DNA of 64,000 nt from a virus, in the IMG/VR virus record IMGVR_UViG_3300034374_012521, positions 1 through 64,000 of that record. One strand, given 5' to 3'. A model generated the notes under the pieces. It saw nothing but the letters and a program-made list of their open reading frames with translations, ran no database searches and was not told the DNA's origin. Position numbers and translations under genes: made by a program. This document shows, one piece after another, positions 55,851 to 64,000 of the stretch (positions within the stretch are counted from its first letter, which is position 1; each line of letters opens with the position of its first letter).

Positions 55851-56930
55851 TTAAACATCATCTAGCTGGACAACGGCTAACTTAATAGATCTTTGCCCCT
55901 CGCTTTTAAGCTTATCTATTACCTCCTTGAGATCCCCAGAATTAGCAAAAACGATACAGCCAGCAGAATATGTGTTTACATTCCGTGAGGTTCCTCTTGA
56001 ACTAGCTCTGTGTATATTGATGCCGAATTTCCCGGTTTCTGTGTTACCAGGGGAAAAAGTTTTAAAGTCAATTTCTCCAGGCCCATTGACAGGTTCGTAG
56101 CGGTCAACAGTAATGTTACCGTTCTGTACAAAAGCTGGATATCCGTTGTGCTTTCCTATTTTGTAATCATAGACACCAGGTTGTACAATTGCTAACCCCT
56201 TAGGGTTAATAATATCTTTTTTGCCGTGTGTCATATACCAGTTCCTAAACTGTTGGACCATAAACATTGGCCCGGGTACAGTGGTTGCCTTGAAAGCCCA
56301 CACTTTATTATCCGACTCTGGAGACATTAGTACCAAAGCGTCAATAAAGTGGTTGTGAGATCTTTTCTTTTGGCTCAACTTATTCCTTAGGGCAACTAGT
56401 GTATATTTGTCCTTGTCGATCTTATTCCATTCTCCAGAAGATTCTAAAAATCCCTTGACCTTATTCCAAGTTAAACTATTAATTCCTCTATAGGTGTATG
56501 GAGAACTTGGCGGAAGTAAGGAAGCATTTGGTTCTATTGCTTCAAATGAGTTATCATTACTTCTAGCAATCTCTACGTTTCTTTCAACTCTTTCCCTTTC
56601 GGATCTGTTACCCCTGATATAAGATGCTATTTCATCAGATGTTTGTGGGGAATCTGAAACATTACCAGTCTCTATGTCAGTATTAGCTAATAGCCAATCC
56701 TCTAGCCCCCGTCCAACTTTAGTTGCCATTAAGAGGTCTAATCCGCTTATCTTACCTTTACCAAAAATTGTTCTCTTCTTTTGAGTTCCACCAGAATTTG
56801 TGGATTTGGAGGAAGATGAGGTTGGGGAATAAGCCTGATTAGTAGCTTGTTGTATAAACTCCCCAGCAGTTGAAGCTTCAGCCTCGTCTAATTTTTTCCT
56901 GAATTCACCAAAAGACTTTATCCTTCCCAT
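55851..56930 (-). CDS. hypothetical protein with L,D-transpeptidase-like C-terminal motif
   Basis: ATT.PG, GINIHRA...SAGC (H...SxGC). Confidence 0.55.
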   Translation of the reverse strand: MGRIKSFGEFRKKLDEAEASTAGEFIQQATNQAYSPTSSSSKSTNSGGTQKKRTIFGKGKISGLDLLMATKVGRGLEDWLLANTDIETGNVSDSPQTSDEIASYIRGNRSERERVERNVEIARSNDNSFEAIEPNASLLPPSSPYTYRGINSLTWNKVKGFLESSGEWNKIDKDKYTLVALRNKLSQKKRSHNHFIDALVLMSPESDNKVWAFKATTVPGPMFMVQQFRNWYMTHGKKDIINPKGLAIVQPGVYDYKIGKHNGYPAFVQNGNITVDRYEPVNGPGEIDFKTFSPGNTETGKFGINIHRASSRGTSRNVNTYSAGCIVFANSGDLKEVIDKLKSEGQRSIKLAVVQLDDV

Positions 56931-56967
56931 AGATTGGAAATATTTATCTTATATATCCTATGGAGTG

Positions 56968-57312
56968 TTATTCTTTACCGCTGAAAGAATAAAAGAATAC
57001 AACCAGACTATTCAATAGCACACTAACCCCGCTTGAAAGAAATCCATATGCAATGGTAGTAAGAGGATAGGATATCCAAAAATTGTGGGGCTGGGACGAA
57101 AGGTCACCCAGAGGATTATAAATAATTTCGCCGGTTGCTAAAATCCCCAGAATTATGCCAACCCAGAAACCACTACACTGCATACAGGAAAAAAGCTTAT
57201 GTAATGTAGGAGCTTTAATAAGAAGGTAGACTCTTAATCGGTCAAAAATAGTTCCATTTACTAGGATGGAGGTGATTGACCAGGCAATTAGTATAAAATA
57301 TAAATCTTTCAT
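56968..57312 (-). CDS. membrane protein (DUF1360-like)
   Basis: IFD.LR...LFSCMQCSGFW. Confidence 0.6.
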   Translation of the reverse strand: MKDLYFILIAWSITSILVNGTIFDRLRVYLLIKAPTLHKLFSCMQCSGFWVGIILGILATGEIIYNPLGDLSSQPHNFWISYPLTTIAYGFLSSGVSVLLNSLVVFFYSFSGKE

Positions 57313-58331
57313 TAGAAATGATCCTTGTAGTTTTCTATAAATTCTTGCTGATTGGGGGATAAATTTTTAGGTACTTTTATACCAATCTTAACCAATATAT
57401 CTCCTCGGTAAGTCGAGTTAAATTCAGGAACCCCCTTACCAGCTAATCTAAAAATCTTTCCGGGTGGTGTTCCAGGTGGAATTGTAATTTTATATTCTCC
57501 TCCGGAAACTAGATTAGGAATATGGACCTCCTTACCAAGGCATGCTTCTGGGAAAGAAAGATCTACATCACATATCAAATTATACCCATCTCTTCTGAAA
57601 AATTCGTGTTTTTTGTCATAGACATTAACAACAAGATCACCAGGGTCTGATGGGGATTTAGCATGATCTCCTTTTTGAGGAACTCTAAATGTTATACCAG
57701 TAACAGATCCCTTTGGAATCTGAATTTCAATCTGGTCTGGCTTTCTAACAACCCCTGCTCCTCCACAGGTTTTACACATTGACTTTGGAATCTTTCCTGT
57801 GCCTTCACATGCATAACAGGTTTCATCCATTGCCATTTGGCCAAAATTGGTATTTACTATTCGTCTTTTAACACCCATTCCAGCACAGACATGGCAGGTA
57901 TCAAGTTCCGAGTTATGTGCACCAGTTCCTTTACAATCAGAACATTGCATCTTCCTGTAAAGGTTAGCGTTCTTCTTAGTCCCATTGAGAACCTCTTCTA
58001 AGGTAATTTCAACTTTTGCGTTGATGTTGTTACCTTTTTTGATAACATCACCCTCATAGAAATTACTACCTCTAAAACCCCCGAAATCACCACCAAAGGG
58101 ATTTCTACCAAAACCTCCAAAGGGATTTGGATTATCATATTTAGATTTCTTTTCGGGATTACTGAGTGTATCGTAAGCCTCAGCTATTTCTTTGAACTTT
58201 TTCTCAGATTCCGGATCACCACCTGATTTATCTGGGTGATATTTCAGGGCTAATTTTCGATAAGCCTTCTTTATCTCCTCAGGAGTAGAATTCCTATTTA
58301 CTCCAAGTATATTGTAATAATCTGGCTTCAT
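57312..58331 (-). CDS. dnaJ: DnaJ chaperone
   Basis: J-domain HPD, G/F region, four CxxCxGxG repeats. Confidence 0.95.
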   Translation of the reverse strand: MKPDYYNILGVNRNSTPEEIKKAYRKLALKYHPDKSGGDPESEKKFKEIAEAYDTLSNPEKKSKYDNPNPFGGFGRNPFGGDFGGFRGSNFYEGDVIKKGNNINAKVEITLEEVLNGTKKNANLYRKMQCSDCKGTGAHNSELDTCHVCAGMGVKRRIVNTNFGQMAMDETCYACEGTGKIPKSMCKTCGGAGVVRKPDQIEIQIPKGSVTGITFRVPQKGDHAKSPSDPGDLVVNVYDKKHEFFRRDGYNLICDVDLSFPEACLGKEVHIPNLVSGGEYKITIPPGTPPGKIFRLAGKGVPEFNSTYRGDILVKIGIKVPKNLSPNQQEFIENYKDHF

Positions 58332-58340
58332 GTATTATCC

Positions 58341-58688
58341 TTAGAAAGAGGATTTAAGCCATTCTCGAATTACCATTTCTTTCCCTCTGTCTAATGGGGG
58401 AATATCAAACCATTTTTTCTTTAGTTGCTTCCTCAGCGAAACTATCTCACCACAAATTTCGTAGTCTTCTTCTGATTCCCAATATGAAATCATCCTGCTA
58501 CAAAAATCATCTATCTTTTCCTCGTCATCGAAAATATAAACGAAATCCTCTGGTTGTAATCTCAAAGCATTTAGAAACAAGTCCTGTACTGCTCTTTCCA
58601 CATGGCACTTCAAGATAGCATATTGTGGATGATCGTCAAACGAAGATCCCCAATCAAAAAAGTGATAGCTTCCAGGTCCTATATTCAT
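58341..58688 (-). CDS. small UVR-motif-like protein
   Basis: YWESEEDYEICGEI motif. Confidence 0.55.
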   Translation of the reverse strand: MNIGPGSYHFFDWGSSFDDHPQYAILKCHVERAVQDLFLNALRLQPEDFVYIFDDEEKIDDFCSRMISYWESEEDYEICGEIVSLRKQLKKKWFDIPPLDRGKEMVIREWLKSSF

Positions 58689-58695
58689 TGGTTTG

Positions 58696-58947
58696 TTATG
58701 AGTCTAAAAATCTATATATCTCTATATAAACCTTTTGGTCGACTAAATCGCTAAAATTAACTTTAAGTTTATCCAAAACGAGATCTACCTTATCCTTACC
58801 AAAGTTTGAATATAATACATCCCTTTTTATTTGCATTTCCATTTCATCGTCCCTTTTATATCTTACGGGAGAATCTTTTAGGTTAAGAATCGTTTTTTCA
58901 AATTCTTCAAATTTTTTTAGATCTTCTTTTGTTAACTCTTCAGGCAT
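58696..58947 (-). CDS. hypothetical protein
   Basis: 83-aa ORF. Confidence 0.5.
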   Translation of the reverse strand: MPEELTKEDLKKFEEFEKTILNLKDSPVRYKRDDEMEMQIKRDVLYSNFGKDKVDLVLDKLKVNFSDLVDQKVYIEIYRFLDS

Positions 58948-59879
58948 AGGATTTGTTCGATATTATTGTGGTAATCTAAAAGGGCTTTATCTTTCTGTTT
59001 TACCTCCAATTCTATATCAAATTCAAATCCATATGTTTCGATCTTTTCGTGTATCCAGTCTGAGTGTGCTAGTTCCTTAGCAGAGGCATCTTCAAACAGT
59101 GCTCTGGATTCTGAAAAGTGAGCTAAAGGGGTTATTCCATCTGGCCATGTATCTATACAAACCTTAAGTGATTGCTTTTCAGAAAGTCCTTGTGGTGGAT
59201 TACAACGATTATGCAGGTAATCGAATGTTATTGGGATACCTATCTGATCATGTACCATATTTTTCAAATCGACTGAGGTGTACTGGGAAGTCTTGTCATC
59301 AACCTCAACAACCAGTCTTGACTTGACAGATTCAGGGAGCAGATTAAAGTTCTCACAGAATCTTTTTGCAGCTTCCGGTTTCGTGGGTTGTGTTGTATTA
59401 ACATGTATGTTAATCGGATAATAGTGGTTCCTAGGTAAACCCATCAGATCCATAATTTCGCCGTGCTGCCTAAGCTCCTTAATTGCGTTTTCAACAACGT
59501 CATTTCTCAGCGAAGCTAAAACAGAATATGGTGAAGGATGGAAGGTGATTCTTTGTCCGGTTGATAAAGCTACTTCTCCTGCTTCTTTAAGGGAAGCTTT
59601 TATATCACTTATATGTGGCAGATCATCAAGCTCATATTCTGAACACCAAGGAAACATGTCGGAACTCATCCTATACATAAGGATTTCATTTTCATGATTC
59701 CATTCAAGAATTCTCTTAAGATCCTTCACGTTTTGCAAAGAAAGTTCAGAAGCATACTCGATGCCCTTTGTTAAAAAGGTCTTTTTGGTCATAGACCTAT
59801 TTGTTGTAATTCTATCCTTCTTTTTGACTCCATCGTTTAGAGAAAGATTGATACAACAATATCCGAATTTCCTTTGCAT
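58932..59879 (-). CDS. uvsE: UV-damage endonuclease
   Basis: GYCCIN, YRMSS, RITFHP, RLVVE.DD, FDYLH, HFSE, HSD, EVKQKD; start at MQRKF. Confidence 0.92.
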   Translation of the reverse strand: MQRKFGYCCINLSLNDGVKKKDRITTNRSMTKKTFLTKGIEYASELSLQNVKDLKRILEWNHENEILMYRMSSDMFPWCSEYELDDLPHISDIKASLKEAGEVALSTGQRITFHPSPYSVLASLRNDVVENAIKELRQHGEIMDLMGLPRNHYYPINIHVNTTQPTKPEAAKRFCENFNLLPESVKSRLVVEVDDKTSQYTSVDLKNMVHDQIGIPITFDYLHNRCNPPQGLSEKQSLKVCIDTWPDGITPLAHFSESRALFEDASAKELAHSDWIHEKIETYGFEFDIELEVKQKDKALLDYHNNIEQILCLKS

Positions 59880-59919
59880 AGGGTAATTATAATGCTTTAT
59901 CCGTTTGATAAAAAATGAA

Positions 59920-61698
59920 TCAGGAAAAATTTGATAACCAAACCTTTCTAGCATCAGAAGATTTACCAAAAGCCATCTCAAGCATAGAATTGGATTTCCG
60001 GTCCTTTACAATCTTTGTAATTTTTTTATTCTTCATTACATAGTCCCAATCATCGAGGGAAAGAGAGCCTAACCCCTTTAAATATCGAACATTTGAAATT
60101 CTTTTACCCTGGCTCTTTGTTTTGAATTCATCCAGTGAATAGTAATAGGTTTTGCTCCTATCACCAACTGAAACCAGAGGGGTTTCTAAAAAGCTTAATC
60201 TTTTATTTTCCACAATCCATGGGAACCATTTGAAGAAAAGATTAATTAAAAGGGAAGTAATGTGAGCACCGTCAGGATCTTGGTCGGTAGCAATAACTAT
60301 ATTATCATAGGGACAAGACAGATCCGGTCTTTCGGGCTCCAAGTTTAGTATTTGCATCAACTCCAGGATCTCTTTGTTGTCAGCAAGATCAGATAAGCTC
60401 CTTGCATTTTTTATTTTACCCTTGAGAGCATAAACACCATCTCTATTTGGATTTCTTTTTTGCAAAATCGATCCCATTGCACTTAACCCTTCAACTATAA
60501 AAAGGTTCTCTGCATTTCTTGAGGTTGGTGGAAAATATTTGTTGGAAAATTTTACCCTAGTATTCTTTTTCTCTTTCCGTATTCTTTTAAGACTTGCATC
60601 TCTTTTTCTTGCCTCAACCTCTTTCCTAATTTTCTTAAAAAGGGGTGTGCTGTAAAATTTCTTCAGCGAAGAGGAAAAAGTGTTTACAATTATGTTCTCT
60701 ATATCTTCTCTCCTGGTGACAAATTTGGTCTTATTCTGATCACCGAATTTTACCAAAGCTGGGGGTAAGTTAATTATTAGACAAAAGTCATAAAAGTGGT
60801 GCGCAAGGGAATCGTCTAAAGCATTATTAATTTGATCTGCTATTATCTTCTGGTGAATTCCAGTACATATAGCAGAGTTTACGAATGAAAAAGATCCGGA
60901 GTTAGGTGTTTTTTCCCAAATTAGAAGCTCTCCTATTTTTGTTTTATATGAAAGCTGCTTAAATACTGACGTGTCAACCGGAATTGTCTTTCCATCCCAG
61001 ATGAAATTCAATTTAATATCCTTCGTATTTGATTCAGTCTCAAGTACCCTTTTCTTTAACAATAGTTGGGAGAGAAGGACATCCTTGTTCCATTTACACT
61101 TATCAAAAATATTGGGAAGGGGTGTGAAGCTTACTGTTGTTCCCAATTTATTTCTTCCTTTCTTTAAGATTTTGGGTTTTTGTGCCTTAAAGTTTTTCCA
61201 CTCCTGATAATAGTATTCCTTTGCATTAGTGGTCTCAATGGAAAAAAAGCTGGACATAGCATTCACAAGGCTTACCCCCATCCCGTTTGTCCCAATTAGG
61301 GTTTCAGAGACGTTTTCGTTATCAAAATTTGATCCCGCTCTTAACATCGAAACCGCAGTTGCAATATTTGTTAAGCCACTTTTTTTATTAATTGAGGATC
61401 CATTTGTAAATCCCTCACCAGTGTCTGTAATTTTAATTGTGTTGGTTTTGGAATCCACCTCAATTGTAATAGATCCCATGTTCTTTTTCATTCTTTTAGC
61501 TTCATCAACACAATTGGAAAAAACCTCATCAAACAGCTTATACATTCCAACTGAAAGAGAATATCCCACTGAATCTATCCTATCACTTTTGACCGCGGGG
61601 ACTACCTCCTCACTTAACTTAACAGAGCCAACATAAATAGTAGGCCTTTTTAAAATGTGTTCAAAATCGGTTAATACCTGTATATCTTTTGTAGCCAT
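59920..61698 (-). CDS. type IIA DNA topoisomerase, B/ATPase-TOPRIM subunit (gp39+60-like)
   Basis: EHILKRP..YVGS, N..DE, GSNF, GTNGMG, VEGLSA, TDQDPDG.HI, YLKGLGS. Confidence 0.93.
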   Translation of the reverse strand: MATKDIQVLTDFEHILKRPTIYVGSVKLSEEVVPAVKSDRIDSVGYSLSVGMYKLFDEVFSNCVDEAKRMKKNMGSITIEVDSKTNTIKITDTGEGFTNGSSINKKSGLTNIATAVSMLRAGSNFDNENVSETLIGTNGMGVSLVNAMSSFFSIETTNAKEYYYQEWKNFKAQKPKILKKGRNKLGTTVSFTPLPNIFDKCKWNKDVLLSQLLLKKRVLETESNTKDIKLNFIWDGKTIPVDTSVFKQLSYKTKIGELLIWEKTPNSGSFSFVNSAICTGIHQKIIADQINNALDDSLAHHFYDFCLIINLPPALVKFGDQNKTKFVTRREDIENIIVNTFSSSLKKFYSTPLFKKIRKEVEARKRDASLKRIRKEKKNTRVKFSNKYFPPTSRNAENLFIVEGLSAMGSILQKRNPNRDGVYALKGKIKNARSLSDLADNKEILELMQILNLEPERPDLSCPYDNIVIATDQDPDGAHITSLLINLFFKWFPWIVENKRLSFLETPLVSVGDRSKTYYYSLDEFKTKSQGKRISNVRYLKGLGSLSLDDWDYVMKNKKITKIVKDRKSNSMLEMAFGKSSDARKVWLSNFS

Positions 61699-61747
61699 TA
61701 GCTATAATTGTTTGAGTTTATATGTCAAGCGCTTGATTTAATTTCAC

Positions 61748-61772
61748 AAAAAAAGCGGGAAGACCCGCTTTT
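61748..61772 (-). terminator. intrinsic terminator
   Basis: AAAAGCGGG/CCCGCUUUU hairpin + U-run. Confidence 0.8.
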
Positions 61773-61793
61773 GTAAAAGTTTATTCATGATGA

Positions 61794-62324
61794 TTACTCA
61801 CCTGCTGGCTCAAAATAGATCTCCTCAATCTTGATTGGTAAAATCTTCGCCTCGTATCCCTTATCCTTAAGAGAAACTGGGATTCCTATAACATAATCCT
61901 TGCCCTCAATTGTTTCTACTCGATCAACAATGAATTCAGAATCAAAGAAAATTGTTCTTTTATCACCAAATCTGTTTAGATCAAAATCAAACTCTTCAGC
62001 ATCTACATCTTTATCAATAGATTTTCCGATAGTAGATTTATATTGTCTTGCAAGTCTTTCCCTTTCTTGGTTAATTATATCCTTTACGTAGTCTGGTGCC
62101 CCTTTACCCTGTGTGGGTACTTCTGCAATTGCTGTGATAGATTCAATCTGACCAGCCTCTTTTTGAGCCAAAAGGTCTCTTAATGTAGGGATTACCTCAG
62201 AATATTTAAGCTCCATTTCAGGCCTAACGTTTACGTTTTTTCTGAACTTGGACTCGTCATAAACAGGAGTTACTCCTTCGTAAATAGAATTAGCAAAATC
62301 CTCATATAGTTTTAAATTGTTCAT
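61794..62324 (-). CDS. hypothetical protein with N-terminal MNNLKLYEDF motif
   Basis: GATATATAA upstream. Confidence 0.65.
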   Translation of the reverse strand: MNNLKLYEDFANSIYEGVTPVYDESKFRKNVNVRPEMELKYSEVIPTLRDLLAQKEAGQIESITAIAEVPTQGKGAPDYVKDIINQERERLARQYKSTIGKSIDKDVDAEEFDFDLNRFGDKRTIFFDSEFIVDRVETIEGKDYVIGIPVSLKDKGYEAKILPIKIEEIYFEPAGE

Positions 62325-62342
62325 CTCGAAAAATTTGTTTTT

Positions 62343-62624
62343 TTATATATCTTCAAGGGTTGGGTGTTTAGTAATCTTTACCTTTAATGTACCACTGCCC
62401 TTAATTATTCTATGCCAGGTACCAGCTTTAATAGATATTTCACCATTACATTTAATTGGAAGCTGGTTATCAAACTGAAACATCCAATCATTGGGTTCAA
62501 AAAATTGTATAGTTCTGTCCTCCCAATCCTGATGCCACTTTAATTCAACCGGATCTATCCCAGAGTCAAAGCATCGGATATACTCTGTGCTTGAAATCTT
62601 TTCCTCTGAAAATGGCCTTACCAA
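62343..62624 (-). CDS. small cupin-like protein
   Basis: LKWHQD.EDR...W..Q.DN.LP...WHRIIKG. Confidence 0.6.
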   Translation of the reverse strand: MVRPFSEEKISSTEYIRCFDSGIDPVELKWHQDWEDRTIQFFEPNDWMFQFDNQLPIKCNGEISIKAGTWHRIIKGSGTLKVKITKHPTLEDI

Positions 62625-63175
62625 GGGTTAGAAGATTTAAGTCCCAAAAGTTTGTGATATCTATGAACATTACAAGACCAATATCTCGGTTTCCATTTTG
62701 GCCCAGGTTCAGTACAGCGGTGTCTTGCTCTAAATGACTTTGAAGCTTTTTTATCATCGTTTTTTATCCTTTGGCCAGGTTGTCCAAATCTTACCTTTAC
62801 AACTCTTCCCTCACCGTTTTTTGTGTAAACTGCAAATTTTCGAGTTTCCCCTGGAGTTCTAAAAGGCTTATTTAACTTTACCTTTCTTCCTTGGTACTCT
62901 TCCTCATTGATCTCAAATGGAACATCAAGAATAACCTCTTGACCCCTATAATTAGCTTTCTCACCAGCATCTGTGCTGATGAGGAAAACATCATCAAGTC
63001 CAAGATCAATCTCTTCGTTCAACCAAAGTATCCTAGATTCGTTTATTAGATCCAGCCAAGAATCTGATTCAATCCGGTAAACGCTTTCCATTAAGGAAAG
63101 GCCTTCGTCTAAATGGTACTTAAGAGACTCGCTTATATTGTGGGATGTGTATGATGTAAAGCTCCTTAATTTCAT
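62618..63175 (-). CDS. conserved hypothetical phage protein
   Basis: KF.VY.K...V.FG...SFRARHRC...YWSC. Confidence 0.65.
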   Translation of the reverse strand: MKLRSFTSYTSHNISESLKYHLDEGLSLMESVYRIESDSWLDLINESRILWLNEEIDLGLDDVFLISTDAGEKANYRGQEVILDVPFEINEEEYQGRKVKLNKPFRTPGETRKFAVYTKNGEGRVVKVRFGQPGQRIKNDDKKASKSFRARHRCTEPGPKWKPRYWSCNVHRYHKLLGLKSSNPW

Positions 63176-63221
63176 ACTTTATATATCGATTAGGTATCGA
63201 ATAAGGTAGAAATTATAGGGT

Positions 63222-64000
63222 TTATTGAGCAACCGCCTCCTTAGAATTCATCACCTCAGCTTTCTTTGCAGCTGCTTGTCTATAATGGTCTAAGTTTTTA
63301 AGCATCCTTTCTTTCTCGTTAGGAGGCAAATGATTGAAGAAATCCATACGAACTACAGCATCCATCTTTTCGAAGGCCAATTCAGGATTACCTGTATGGA
63401 AAGCCGCTAGGGCATACTCATCTAAAAGTCTCCATTGCCAAACCTCAGGCTCAACAAAAAGAATATCTGAGGTCCCAGGGTTTTTTACAGCCATATTTCC
63501 ATAGGTAAATGAAAGTACCCACCTACCTCTTTCCCTTAGCTTTCTCATGCAATGGAAAACTGCTTCAAGTCTTTCCGGTCTATATTCCCAAGCTCTAGAG
63601 TAAGCTTGGATTACCTCATCTGGATGTCTTCCTAATTGTTCCTTGATTTTACCAATCATATACATTGAGTAGTATACTTCTTCCTCCCATCCACCAGCTT
63701 CGATTCTTCTCTCATAAGCTTCGATAGCTTTGACCTTTTGGTTAGAATCTCTATAGCTTTGGGCAAGATAGAACATATACCGTGTGTTTGCAGGCTCATC
63801 TTCTAATGCTTTCTCTAGAATTTCTGCATCTTTAGCATATTTCTCCTCAAGTGTATTTGCTCTCTTTAGTGGACTAATGTCAGCATTAACGAAACATTTA
63901 TCTGCAGGTATTTGGTACTGGACTAGAGGTTCCTTTCCAGGTAAATCTAAATACTCGTGTAGTACACCTTTGTATACCCAATCCTGATCGGACCTGACTA
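63222..64000 (-). CDS. GT2-TPR glycosyltransferase (partial, extends beyond window)
   Basis: Frame open to the window edge: W.YKGVLHEY...KY..DA..LE..L..EP.N.RY.FYLAQSYRD followed by TPRs. Confidence 0.8.
   Translation of the reverse strand, partial: VRSDQDWVYKGVLHEYLDLPGKEPLVQYQIPADKCFVNADISPLKRANTLEEKYAKDAEILEKALEDEPANTRYMFYLAQSYRDSNQKVKAIEAYERRIEAGGWEEEVYYSMYMIGKIKEQLGRHPDEVIQAYSRAWEYRPERLEAVFHCMRKLRERGRWVLSFTYGNMAVKNPGTSDILFVEPEVWQWRLLDEYALAAFHTGNPELAFEKMDAVVRMDFFNHLPPNEKERMLKNLDHYRQAAAKKAEVMNSKEAVAQ

Noticed and set aside
51404-61698. Inteins or group I introns in polB or topoisomerase genes
   Set aside because: No splice motifs or homing endonuclease seen; the ORFs are compact

Overview
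AT-rich, densely coding segment, almost all on the minus strand, that looks like part of a large T4-like (jumbo) bacteriophage genome. The host is probably Bacteroidota (GEN...ALAA tmRNA tag, a TAnnTTTG promoter box, a Bacteroidota-style boxA). It encodes replication and nucleotide genes (split family-B polymerase, probable clamp, Dda-like helicase, two type II topoisomerase subunits, ThyA, RNase HII, UvsE). It also carries many glycan and modification enzymes, including a dCMP-hydroxymethylase-like TS paralog and two carbamoyltransferases, plus auxiliary genes (GSII, MgsA, ClpP, DnaJ, Trx, RimK fusion), 15 canonical tRNAs, one aberrant tRNA-like element and a tmRNA. Two candidate undescribed systems stand out. 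(1) A 27-codon leader ORF with terminator/antiterminator architecture lies directly upstream of the tmRNA-tRNA array, and its amino-acid content mirrors the tRNAs present, suggesting a tRNA-pool-sensing attenuator. (2) A Ro60-like (TROVE-vWA) gene appears co-transcribed with covarying AGG-stem/UACAGCAA RNAs, and another copy sits inside the tRNA array. All protein calls come from motif recognition by eye; no database searches were run.
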